Positions 28,146 to 35,571 of a stretch of DNA of 64,000 bases are shown here, piece by piece. The DNA is from a virus (taxonomy: Duplodnaviria > Heunggongvirae > Uroviricota > Caudoviricetes). The stretch's first letter is position 1, and each line of letters opens with the position of its first letter. The stretch is taken from the IMG/VR virus record IMGVR_UViG_3300042549_006728; one strand, given 5' to 3'. The notes under the pieces were generated by a model, which was not told where the DNA came from, did no database searches, and saw only the letters and a list, made by a program, of their open reading frames with translations. Both the position numbers and the translations under genes were made by a program.

Positions 28146-28340
28146 TTATAAAACATTATAGTTGTTTTTTATTTTACTCCATAATTTTCCAAAAGCATTA
28201 CCCATATTTCTATCATTAAAATCAATTGCACCTTGAATATACGCATCATTTACAATTTTCTCTAGTTCATAGTATGTAAATGAATATTTTTTTGATTCTT
28301 GCTTTACTATTTCTTTCTTTCTAAATAATTTTCCTATCAT
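28146..28340 (-). CDS. Hypothetical protein (start trimmed to the internal Met)
   Basis: The ORF track start overlaps tRNA-Leu. The internal MIGKLFRKK start at 28340 avoids that overlap. Confidence 0.35.
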   Translation of the reverse strand: MIGKLFRKKEIVKQESKKYSFTYYELEKIVNDAYIQGAIDFNDRNMGNAFGKLWSKIKNNYNVL

Positions 28341-28405
28341 AATAAACGTTTTATAACAACAAATATAGATATTAATTTCTATATAAACAAATTTTTTTAA
28401 AAATA

Positions 28406-28480
28406 GTACCAAAGGTGAGATTCGAACTCACAAACCTTTGTTTCTAAGACAAAGAGGTATACCGATTCCCGTCACTTTGG
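28406..28480 (-). tRNA. tRNA with anticodon UAG (Leu by anticodon) and a short variable arm (atypical)
   Basis: Acceptor GCCAAAG/CTTTGGT, anticodon stem-loop TTTGT-CTTAGAA-ACAAA, T-arm GTGAG-TTCGAAT-CTCAC. Confidence 0.6.
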
Positions 28481-28486
28481 CATTTT

Positions 28487-28559
28487 GAGCAGGTAGAGAG
28501 AATCGAACTCTCGTCCTCTGATTGGAAGTCAGACATAATAAGCCACTATACGATACCTG
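28487..28559 (-). tRNA. tRNA-Gly (UCC)
   Basis: Acceptor GCAGGTA/TACCTGC, anticodon stem-loop TCTGA-CTTCCAA-TCAGA, T-arm GAGAG-TTCGATT-CTCTC. Confidence 0.8.
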
Positions 28560-28560
28560 C

Positions 28561-28595
28561 ATTAAGATTATTTTCTCTTAATCTTTTTTTTTAAT
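28561..28595 (+). terminator. Hairpin plus T9 run (plus-strand terminator-like)
   Basis: taagatta-ttttctc-ttaatctt followed by ttttttttt. Confidence 0.4.
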
Positions 28596-28731
28596 TTAAT
28601 AAATTTTATTAATCTTATTAAATTAATAGAATTTTTTCTAGACTCGATAATATTAAAATTATCTTTCGATGATCTACCAGAACCCGTCATTACCTCTCTC
28701 ATACTTATTTATTTTACTTTTTATTATTTGT

Positions 28732-28804
28732 GGATACATCTCGGCTTCGAACCGAGGACTCCTGAGTGCAAATCAGGTGTGATAGCCAGCTTCACCAATG
28801 ACCC
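28732..28804 (-). tRNA. tRNA with anticodon UGC (Ala by anticodon); the acceptor stem has two mismatches and no G3:U70
   Basis: D GTGA-AGCTGGCTA-TCAC, anticodon stem-loop CCTGA-TTTGCAC-TCAGG, T-arm CTCGG-TTCGAAG-CCGAG. Confidence 0.55.
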
Positions 28805-28810
28805 AAATGG

Positions 28811-28885
28811 TTGCGGGACTGGGACTCGAACCCAGAACTTCGGCTTATGAGACCGACGAGATAACCAATTTCTACATATCCCGCA
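28811..28885 (-). tRNA. tRNA-Met, initiator-like (CAU)
   Basis: CTCGTCGGTCTCATAAGCCGAAG anticodon arm and a ...CCCGCAAC 3' end, as in bacterial tRNA-fMet; T1:A72 base pair. Confidence 0.8.
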
Positions 28886-28918
28886 ATTTTTAATTACACC
28901 GAATTCGGTATAATTGAG

Positions 28919-28993
28919 TTCCCCCGACAGGATTCGAACCTGTGGCCCGTACATTAAAAGTGTAATGCTCTAAACCAACTGAGCTACGAGGGA
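28919..28993 (-). tRNA. tRNA-Lys (UUU)
   Basis: TA-GCTC-AGTTGGTTTA-GAGC-A-TTACA-CTTTTAA-TGTAC...CAGG-TTCGAAT-CCTG. Confidence 0.8.
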
Positions 28994-28999
28994 TTGTTG

Positions 29000-29071
29000 A
29001 GGTTTCGCTCAGATTCGAACTGAGGACACTTGATTACAAATCAAGAGTTTTACCGACTAAACTACAAAACC
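29000..29071 (-). tRNA. tRNA-Thr (UGU)
   Basis: Acceptor GGTTTTG/CGAAACC, anticodon stem-loop CTTGA-TTTGTAA-TCAAG, T-arm CTCAG-TTCGAAT-CTGAG. Confidence 0.8.
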
Positions 29072-29077
29072 TAATTG

Positions 29078-29151
29078 TCACCCGTATGGGATTTGAACCC
29101 ATGATCTTTTCCGTGAAAGGGAAACGACTTAAACCGCTTGTCCAACGGGCG
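29078..29151 (-). tRNA. tRNA-Glu (UUC), second copy
   Basis: Acceptor CGCCCGT/ACGGGTG, anticodon stem-loop TTTCC-CTTTCAC-GGAAA, T-arm ATGGG-TTCAAAT-CCCAT. Confidence 0.7.
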
Positions 29152-29159
29152 ATATTTAG

Positions 29160-29232
29160 TAGTCTCTGTAGGGTTCGAACCTACGACAACTTGCATGTAA
29201 AACAAGTGCTCTACCAACTGAGCTAAGAGACT
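29160..29232 (-). tRNA. tRNA-Val (UAC)
   Basis: Acceptor AGTCTCT/AGAGACT, anticodon stem-loop CTTGT-TTTACAT-GCAAG, T-arm GTAGG-TTCGAAC-CCTAC. Confidence 0.8.
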
Positions 29233-29233
29233 G

Positions 29234-29309
29234 TGGCGGTCCATGACGGTTACGATCCGTCTACTCTACCGTGACAGGGTAGGATGATAAGCCATTTCAC
29301 CAATAGACC
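29234..29309 (-). tRNA. tRNA-Asp (GUC) with encoded CCA and a non-canonical T-loop (ATCGTAA)
   Basis: Acceptor GGTCTAT/ATGGACC, D GTGA..TCAT, anticodon stem-loop CTACC-CTGTCAC-GGTAG, 3' end ...G-CCA. Confidence 0.6.
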
Positions 29310-29311
29310 AT

Positions 29312-29459
29312 TTAAATGATAATCAGGATTAGATTATATACGTGCTCTACCAACTGAGCTACCGCCGCCCCGAAGGACAACGGACAGGATTCGAACCTGC
29401 GACACCGAGCTTAAAAGGCTAATGTAATTGTTGCTGAAACAATCCTTTTATTATCATTT
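29312..29459 (-). ncRNA. Y RNA-like / circularly permuted tRNA-like RNA (YrlA-type candidate)
   Basis: Terminal stem AAATGATAAT...GGATT pairs with AATCC...ATTATCATTT, with an internal bulge. Internally the RNA order is T-arm GCAGG-TTCGAAT-CCTGT, then the hairpin CCGTTGTCC-TTCG-GGGCGGCGG (acceptor-like stem capped by a UUCG loop), then D-arm TA-GCTC-AGTTGGTA-GAGC. A second hairpin ATTGT-TTCAGCA-ACAAT is also present. Confidence 0.55.
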
Positions 29460-29460
29460 G

Positions 29461-29546
29461 AGGAAGAGGTAGGATTCGAACCTACGGTACCTTTCAGTAC
29501 GCTAGTTTTCAAGACTAGTACAATAAACCAACTCTGTCACTCTTCC
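29461..29546 (-). tRNA. tRNA-Ser (UGA), type II
   Basis: Acceptor GGAAGAG/CTCTTCC, anticodon stem-loop CTAGT-CTTGAAA-ACTAG, variable arm GTAC-TGAAAG-GTAC. Confidence 0.8.
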
Positions 29547-29569
29547 AATTTTTACCAATACGTCAAAGA

Positions 29570-29606
29570 ACTAAAAACAAAAAACCCTAAGTTCTCACTT
29601 AGGGTT
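29570..29606 (-). terminator. Factor-independent terminator (minus strand)
   Basis: aaccctaag-ttctca-cttagggtt followed on the minus strand by TTTTTGTTTTTAG. Confidence 0.6.
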
Positions 29607-29754
29607 TCCATTATATAGTATTTAAATTTTTAAATGTTATCTATTACAATATACCCTAAGATCTGGTTGCAGCGAATCCGCTCCCTCCATTTTCGTCTTA
29701 ACGACCTCTAATCTGTATGTCATTGTATTTTTCATTGAAATTTTTACCTTTTTA

Positions 29755-29820
29755 ATTAAATATACATAAAGTTACGAAAGTTTCTTCAAAAAGTCAAATA
29801 ATTTTTAATTTTTTTTAAAA
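29755..29820. promoter_or_regulatory. Repeated AAAGTTTC..AAAAGTCAAATA..TTTTTTTT element (minus-strand TTGACT -35-like), copy 1
   Basis: About 65 bp similar to 31845-31910, with a shorter version at 46322-46364. Confidence 0.35.
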
Positions 29821-29835
29821 TTTATTTTATTTAAG

Positions 29836-29909
29836 AGGTCAGAGAGGGATTCGAACCCCCGAATAATGGATTTGCAGTCCACCCCTTTAAACCACTCAGG
29901 CATCTGACC
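29836..29909 (-). tRNA. tRNA-Cys (GCA)
   Basis: Acceptor GGTCAGA/TCTGACC, anticodon stem-loop GTGGA-CTGCAAA-TCCAT, T-arm GGGGG-TTCGAAT-CCCTC. Confidence 0.7.
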
Positions 29910-29978
29910 ATTAGTTCACTAAACTATAATTTGCTCGATAAACTATATCTGTTTATTGTAGCAAAAATAAGTTTATTG

Positions 29979-30051
29979 TACACTCTGAGAGATTCGAACT
30001 CCCATCTTATAGTCCGTAGCCATATGTTCTGATCCGTTGAACTAAGAGTGT
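29979..30051 (-). tRNA. tRNA-Arg (ACG)
   Basis: Acceptor ACACTCT/AGAGTGT, anticodon stem-loop TATGG-CTACGGA-CTATA, T-arm GGGAG-TTCGAAT-CTCTC. Confidence 0.75.
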
Positions 30052-30053
30052 AT

Positions 30054-30128
30054 TGGTAGGGATGGGTGGAGTCGAACCACCGAGACAACTGTATAAGAGT
30101 TGCATGTTCACCGTTACATCACATCCCC
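30054..30128 (-). tRNA. tRNA-Ile (UAU), encoded CCA
   Basis: Acceptor GGGGATG/CATCCCT, anticodon stem-loop CAACT-CTTATAC-AGTTG, T-arm GGTGG-TTCGACT-CCACC, then ACCA. Confidence 0.7.
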
Positions 30129-30135
30129 ATTTTTG

Positions 30136-30223
30136 CGGAAAGAATAGGATTCGAACCTATGGTACCCTTACGAGTACAACACCTTAGCAGGGTGCCTCAA
30201 TAAACCAACTCTGACATCTTTCC
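30136..30223 (-). tRNA. tRNA-Ser (GCU), type II
   Basis: Acceptor GGAAAGA/TCTTTCC, anticodon stem-loop GCACC-CTGCTAA-GGTGT, long variable arm. Confidence 0.8.
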
Positions 30224-30228
30224 ATTTG

Positions 30229-30302
30229 GGTGTATGACGGGAATTGAACCCGTGACCTTTTGATTCACAATCAAACACTCTAACCAACTGAGCTACATAC
30301 AC
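30229..30302 (-). tRNA. tRNA-His (GUG)
   Basis: Acceptor GTGTATG/CATACAC, anticodon stem-loop TTTGA-TTGTGAA-TCAAA, T-arm ACGGG-TTCAATT-CCCGT, discriminator C. Confidence 0.8.
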
Positions 30303-30304
30303 AG

Positions 30305-30375
30305 TTGTCTCCCAAGGATTCGAACCTCGATTCAGTGGTCCAAAACCACTTGTCCTGCCTTTAGACGAGGAGACA
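30305..30375 (-). tRNA. tRNA-Gln (UUG)
   Basis: Acceptor TGTCTCC/GGAGACA with U1:A72, anticodon stem-loop AGTGG-TTTTGGA-CCACT, T-arm CGAGG-TTCGAAT-CCTTG. Confidence 0.8.
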
Positions 30376-30438
30376 ATTTAAAATTATTCACTACCCAAAT
30401 ATCGAATTTTTTACTACTTTTGGGAAGTTAATAATTAG

Positions 30439-30513
30439 TCTGGGTAGCGAGACTCGAACTCACATTATGTCCACATCCCAAATGTGGCGGCTTACCAATT
30501 AGCCAATACCCAG
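30439..30513 (-). tRNA. tRNA-Pro (UGG)
   Basis: Acceptor CTGGGTA/TACCCAG, anticodon stem-loop CCACA-TTTGGGA-TGTGG, T-arm GTGAG-TTCGAGT-CTCGC. Confidence 0.8.
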
Positions 30514-30520
30514 TTAAAAG

Positions 30521-30594
30521 TGGTGATGGGTGGAATCGAACCACCGACAACCTAGATCTTCAATCTAGTGCTCTACCAACTGAGCTACATCACC
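30521..30594 (-). tRNA. tRNA-Phe (GAA)
   Basis: Acceptor GGTGATG/CATCACC, anticodon stem-loop CTAGA-TTGAAGA-TCTAG, T-arm GGTGG-TTCGATT-CCACC. Confidence 0.85.
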
Positions 30595-30599
30595 ATTTG

Positions 30600-30672
30600 C
30601 ACATCTCCAAGGATTCGAACCCTGATCAAACGATTTGGAGTCGTTTATGCTAAACCATTACACCAGAGATGT
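30600..30672 (-). tRNA. tRNA-Trp (CCA)
   Basis: Acceptor ACATCTC/GAGATGT, anticodon stem-loop AACGA-CTCCAAA-TCGTT, T-arm CAGGG-TTCGAAT-CCTTG. Confidence 0.8.
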
Positions 30673-30756
30673 GTATAAATGTTCAGGAAGACTTTTTGTT
30701 TTCAAATTTCCGATCTTGATTTTTTTATTTTGCTGAAATCTTCCTTTTAACATTTG

Positions 30757-30839
30757 TGAGGGTAGTAGGATTCGAACCTACTCAGTCATAGACAACAGAT
30801 TTACAGTCTGCCCCAACTCTCCAACTTTGGCGTACCCCC
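30757..30839 (-). tRNA. tRNA-Tyr (GUA), type II
   Basis: Acceptor GGGGGTA/TACCCTC, anticodon stem-loop GCAGA-CTGTAAA-TCTGT, variable arm, T-arm GTAGG-TTCGAAT-CCTAC. Confidence 0.75.
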
Positions 30840-30855
30840 ATTATTAATTTAATCA

Positions 30856-31395
30856 CTAAACATTTATTAAACCCGCATGTATTTCTGAATGACAATTAGA
30901 ACACACTAAAATACATTTATCTACTTCATATTTTAATTTTTCGAAGGATAAACTTTTACCTGATATTGTAAAATCTTTACTATTAGGATTTAAATGGTGG
31001 AATTCTAACGCATTAAAACATTTGTTATATCCACAAATTTGACACTTACCACCTTTATATTCTACTAATCTAATTTTCACTCTCTTTCTCCATAAAATAA
31101 CAGATTCAGAAGATGTCATTGTTTTAATTCTATCTTTAGTTTTAATATATTTTTTTAAAGTATCAAAAGAACGTTTAGTTATTTTAGATACTTTTTTTAT
31201 TGAACCTAGTTCATCATATAATTTTTGATATAATTCAATGTCCTCTTTAGTAGTTTTTTGATTATTATCACCTAAACCATTCATTTTACAATGATAAGAA
31301 ACTGTAGACATTGCACACCCTAAAATCTTAGTTATCTCTTTATACGTTTTACCTTCTTTTCTTAATTCTAAAATTTTTTTCGAATACCTTTCCAT
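30856..31395 (-). CDS. HNH homing-type endonuclease with an N-terminal HTH
   Basis: CQICGYNKCFNALEFHHLNPN...CSNCHSEIH HNH motif. It sits between two tRNA blocks. Confidence 0.75.
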   Translation of the reverse strand: MERYSKKILELRKEGKTYKEITKILGCAMSTVSYHCKMNGLGDNNQKTTKEDIELYQKLYDELGSIKKVSKITKRSFDTLKKYIKTKDRIKTMTSSESVILWRKRVKIRLVEYKGGKCQICGYNKCFNALEFHHLNPNSKDFTISGKSLSFEKLKYEVDKCILVCSNCHSEIHAGLINV

Positions 31396-31472
31396 AAGAT
31401 TAACATTTTTAATTAATAAATATGGTATAATACTAATAATTTAATTTTAAAAAATCAATAGGTAAAAAATTG

Positions 31473-31559
31473 CTGACGGGGTGGGATTCGAACCCACGGT
31501 GGAGAAATTCTCGTCGGATTAACAGTCCGATGCGTTCGGCCTACTACGCGAACCCGTCA
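31473..31559 (-). tRNA. tRNA-Asn (GUU) with an unusually long variable region
   Basis: Acceptor TGACGGG/CCCGTCA, anticodon stem-loop TCGGA-CTGTTAA-TCCGA, variable region of about 16 nt, T-arm GTGGG-TTCGAAT-CCCAC. Confidence 0.65.
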
Positions 31560-31598
31560 TTTACTTTCATAACAATATGTCAAAGAACTTTTGTTCTG

Positions 31599-31674
31599 TC
31601 GGTATGGTAGGGATCGAACCTACGAATCTTCTCGATATCAGCGAGATGCCTTAAACCAACTTGGCCACATACCG
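31599..31674 (-). tRNA. tRNA-Ile (GAU)
   Basis: Acceptor CGGTATG/CATACCG, anticodon stem-loop TCTCG-CTGATAT-CGAGA, T-arm GTAGG-TTCGATC-CCTAC. Confidence 0.8.
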
Positions 31675-31680
31675 TAATAA

Positions 31681-31713
31681 ATTAAAAAACCCCAACTCAT
31701 TTCTGAATTGGGG
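31681..31713 (-). terminator. Factor-independent terminator (minus strand)
   Basis: ccccaa...ttgggg hairpin followed on the minus strand by TTTTTTAATTT. Confidence 0.55.
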
Positions 31714-31964
31714 TTCCACTTTGGTTTTATTTAATATCTACTTAAAATTTATCCATAATATACCCCAATCCGCCGCTATACGGTTGACACCATTGACTAA
31801 AATTAATATGTATATTATTTGTTTTCATTTTTACTGTTATAATTAAATATATACAAATATAGGAAAGTTTCATTTAAAAGTCAAATATATTTTAAAATTT
31901 TTTTTTATTGGTAATATGGTACGTATTTTGTTAAGGTTATTTTCTTAATAACTAACACCGTAAA

Positions 31965-32005
31965 AATATAAAACCCCCTTACACTAATAAGGGGGTTTAT
32001 TTTTA
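31965..32005. terminator. Bidirectional factor-independent terminator
   Basis: aaccccctta-cactaat-aagggggtt followed by tatttttaat on the plus strand; the minus strand is also T-rich. Confidence 0.65.
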
Positions 32006-32028
32006 ATAACCAACAAAGTTTATTACTA

Positions 32029-32196
32029 CTTAACTTCGTTTGAAGTTGCTTCTACTGAAGTACTATCACTAGTAGTTACATTAGAAGTTGCTTCTGAAGT
32101 TGCTTCTGTACTTGCGTTTTCAGATGCTTCTGTTGAGTTACCTCCGCAAGACACTAACAATGACATTACGGTTAATACTAAAAAAATTTTTTTCAT
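32029..32196 (-). CDS. Small lipoprotein with EATS low-complexity repeats (below the 60-aa track cutoff)
   Basis: Minus-strand ATG at 32194-32196 opens MKKIFLVLTVMSLLVSCGGNSTEASENASTEATSEATSNVTTSDSTSVEATSNEVK, with a lipobox LVSC. Confidence 0.4.
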
Positions 32197-32347
32197 TTTA
32201 AAAAATTTAATTTAATTGTTATTAAGGCTTTTCACCCATCGGAGATTATAAGTATCTCTAACTTCTTTTATGTTACAAATTTAACATAAATATATTAAAT
32301 GTCAAAATATTATAACACTATTGTTAAATATTTTAACATATTTTAGG

Positions 32348-32650
32348 TTATTCCTTACCATATTTTTTTCTTAAATATTCTCCCCAATCTGACTGTTTCC
32401 TTCCATTTACAAAGAACCATCCTAAATTTAGTTCAAACCATTTAATAAATTTATTTACTAAAATCATAATTAAAAAATTTAAAGTTACTACAAAAAATAC
32501 AACATATGGTAATAAAGGGATCCAACTGATAACTTTACCATACCATTTTAAACTATCCTTCATTACCCCTTCACAAACCAATATATACTGGATGAATAAT
32601 AGAAAGAAAATAAATAAAAAAACAACTGTTATTCCAATAATCTCAAACAT
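32348..32650 (-). CDS. Membrane protein (3 TM)
   Basis: ORF with hydrophobic segments. Confidence 0.45.
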   Translation of the reverse strand: MFEIIGITVVFLFIFFLLFIQYILVCEGVMKDSLKWYGKVISWIPLLPYVVFFVVTLNFLIMILVNKFIKWFELNLGWFFVNGRKQSDWGEYLRKKYGKE

Positions 32651-32658
32651 AACTAATC

Positions 32659-32892
32659 TTATTCTGATTTTTTAATAATTTCACAATCAACTAAATATTT
32701 AGAAGGTATTGTGACTCTGTGTTTTCCTCTAGGTGGTGAAAGTTTAATTAAATGACTATCATCCGCTTCTAAAATTAAACAATCATTTGTTTTTTCAATT
32801 ACAAACCAAATTTTAGTTTTATCATTATGACTGTAAAATCTTTTAGATGTAAAAGTTACAACATCACCAACAATACATTCTTCTTCTGTCAT
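32659..32892 (-). CDS. Hypothetical protein
   Basis: ORF only. Confidence 0.4.
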   Translation of the reverse strand: MTEEECIVGDVVTFTSKRFYSHNDKTKIWFVIEKTNDCLILEADDSHLIKLSPPRGKHRVTIPSKYLVDCEIIKKSE

Positions 32893-33052
32893 ATCATTTC
32901 TTTTTTTGTGAGTTTAACACGTATTACTTCTCCACCTTCAAAATTTTCAAAAATATTTTGTGTAAAAACATTACCTATTTTTATAGATTTATCTTTTGTA
33001 AAAAATGATGTTATTTTACCTCGTTTACTTTTCATATATATGTAAGGCATAG

Positions 33053-33274
33053 TTATTTCTTTTTAAATTGTTCAAACCACTGTGTTAACGACATTCTTTC
33101 TCCACCACCTAAGAAATATTCTGTATGTTTAAATAAAATATCATATACTTCTTCCTCACTATAACTATTTTCTTTACATTCTGTATAACCACGTTTGAAT
33201 GCAATTCTTTCCATCAATTGATTTTCATCTGAGTAAAAATCTTTTGCAAGTTCTTCAAGTGTTTCTTGTTTCAT
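33053..33274 (-). CDS. Hypothetical protein with a C-terminal ...SEEEV...WFEQFKKK tail
   Basis: ORF. The tail is shared with the protein at 23791-24534. Confidence 0.45.
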   Translation of the reverse strand: MKQETLEELAKDFYSDENQLMERIAFKRGYTECKENSYSEEEVYDILFKHTEYFLGGGERMSLTQWFEQFKKK

Positions 33275-33735
33275 AACTTTTCTTTTACAAGTTCAATTAG
33301 TTTTGTTAGACAAGCAAGTTCTGCGTCTTCGTATGTTCTATATATGTCAGAATATTGACCTATATTATTTTCCCAACCCCACTCTTGTTCAGTTAGATCT
33401 TTTGGGTTTCCATAAAATGTGTTATAGGTAAAAACAAATTTAGGTTCTGTGGTACAATCGGTTAACACTTCGGGAAATATCAGGTACTTCTCTCTAAACC
33501 ATCTAAATGCTTGTGAGTATGTTGGTGCTGCAACTCTAAGTGAATTAAAATCGTTGACATAAAACTTGCTACTTTGTGTACCATTAATTCTAAATCCTGA
33601 AGAATACAATCTTACCGTATCTGTTATGCTAAAATTTTGTTCATCAAATCCTGACCATATAGCAAAACATGATCCATCATATCTAAGTTGCTTCATTCTT
33701 AAAGCTAACTCATAAGGTACAAATTCTTTTTCCAT
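33271..33735 (-). CDS. Hypothetical protein, paralogue A (MEKEFVPYELALRMK...)
   Basis: Tandem paralogue of 33739-34167. Confidence 0.5.
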   Translation of the reverse strand: MEKEFVPYELALRMKQLRYDGSCFAIWSGFDEQNFSITDTVRLYSSGFRINGTQSSKFYVNDFNSLRVAAPTYSQAFRWFREKYLIFPEVLTDCTTEPKFVFTYNTFYGNPKDLTEQEWGWENNIGQYSDIYRTYEDAELACLTKLIELVKEKL

Positions 33736-33738
33736 AAC

Positions 33739-34167
33739 TTATTTATTTTCTACAATTTCAATTAGTTTTTCAAGACAAGCAAGTTCTGCTTCAGGATAAG
33801 TATCAAATGTTGGATGACCATTGTTTATAGTAGCAACTATATAACCACTAATTTCAGTTTCATTACTAATAGTAGATTTGATTACACACAACCACTTATC
33901 ATTATAAATGTTGATTGAAGGATATAAATTATGCTTCTCTCTAAACCATCTAAATACTTGTGAGAATGTTGGTGCTGAAATATAGTGTTCAGGTATCTCT
34001 GAATTTTTACAAGTTCTATATCCTGTTAACAAATATTGTTCATTATCATCAACCATAATAGGTCTGATTTCGGCAGATTCTTTTTGATAAAAACCAAAAC
34101 AAGGTTCATCAAATCTAATTGCTTTTAATCTTAATGCTCTATCATAAGGTACAAATTCTTTTTCCAT
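33739..34167 (-). CDS. Hypothetical protein, paralogue B (MEKEFVPYDRALRLK...)
   Basis: Shares N- and C-terminal blocks (...AELACLxKLIE) with 33271-33735. Confidence 0.5.
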   Translation of the reverse strand: MEKEFVPYDRALRLKAIRFDEPCFGFYQKESAEIRPIMVDDNEQYLLTGYRTCKNSEIPEHYISAPTFSQVFRWFREKHNLYPSINIYNDKWLCVIKSTISNETEISGYIVATINNGHPTFDTYPEAELACLEKLIEIVENK

Positions 34168-34407
34168 ACTTTTATATATTTAACGGTATTTTTCAGAAAA
34201 TTCTTCATCTACTAATTCAGTAGGATATTCATCCACAATATGACGTTTCCACCAAGATATGATATATAATTTAATTTTTTTTATCATAATTACTAATGTT
34301 GATTACTGTATAGATTTGCCAATATTAGTCTAACCATTCTGAATTCTCTAACTTTTTTCAAATTCAGATCGTACTTATCGGCAATATATTTTAAATGAGG
34401 ATACGCC

Positions 34408-34590
34408 TCACTTATTGTCATTTCCCCTATTCGCATATTCTTCATAATCTTCTTTATTTACACAAACATAAACATCCTGATACCAACCAAAAACACATTC
34501 ATCATACATTTTATATGGTTTGAATTCATCCCAATTAAAGTTATCGATAGTGTCATAATATGACTCATTAGGGAAACGTACTCTAGTCAT
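34408..34590 (-). CDS. Hypothetical small protein
   Basis: ORF only. Confidence 0.35.
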   Translation of the reverse strand: MTRVRFPNESYYDTIDNFNWDEFKPYKMYDECVFGWYQDVYVCVNKEDYEEYANRGNDNK

Positions 34591-34828
34591 TTAATTAGGG
34601 TATTTTTTAACATACTCCACCATTAAATTAGATAGGTATTTCATATTTCTCGATAATTCTATTTTTCTAACTTGTTCTTCTGCAGTTAGTCTTTTATGGT
34701 TACTTCTACCATTTCTGTTTAACCATTCTTCAAACATTCTTTCGTAATATCCTTCTGGTGGCATAGTCTTTTATTTTAAAACAAATATATAAATTATTTT
34801 TGAATAAACAAAGTAATTTAAAAAATAA

Positions 34829-35398
34829 TTAATCCCACCATCTTTCGATGTGATTACTAATTATATTAAATAACAATTTATGACATCTTTCTTGATTCTC
34901 ATGTGCAATTTCCATCGCAATTAATTTTTTATCCTTTTCCTCAATAGGACGGTTATATCTATTTATTACTCCACTTAAAACTTTTTTATACTGTATCGGA
35001 TACTTTTTGAAGTATTCGTCAAAATTTTCAGATATTAACTCATCTTCCATTGTATAATATTCCTCAGTCTCGTCAGTAGGTACAAACTCAAATTTAGATT
35101 TATGATAATCCATATATTCCATACCATAAGTGTCATCCTGCTGAAGTTTTATTAGTCTAGATACTAACAACATACGTTCCGCATCACGTTTGGCTTCAGT
35201 ATGGAAATTCCTATCACCTATATATTTCGCCTGATTCTCAATTTTAACTCTAAGAATCTCATATATGAAAAAAGAATCCCAATCCCTATCTTTCCAAATA
35301 GTAGGGAACCATTTCCATAGGTTTTTTACACCTTTAATAAAGTCTTTATGGTAGTATCTTGCTTCAAACCTCCACCAATATCTTATTTTATCTATCAT
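34829..35398 (-). CDS. Hypothetical protein
   Basis: ORF only. Confidence 0.5.
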   Translation of the reverse strand: MIDKIRYWWRFEARYYHKDFIKGVKNLWKWFPTIWKDRDWDSFFIYEILRVKIENQAKYIGDRNFHTEAKRDAERMLLVSRLIKLQQDDTYGMEYMDYHKSKFEFVPTDETEEYYTMEDELISENFDEYFKKYPIQYKKVLSGVINRYNRPIEEKDKKLIAMEIAHENQERCHKLLFNIISNHIERWWD

Positions 35399-35571
35399 AT
35401 TAAAATTTATTAGGTTTTAAAAAACTAATTATAAATCCGTAAAAGTAAATGTATTTTACATAACCTTGCATTTGACTAAATGTGAATTTATTTGAAATGG
35501 ATAATCCATACCCAAATATTCTGAACCAAAAAAGTCCACTTCCTTTATACCAACTAAAAATTTTTTTCATA

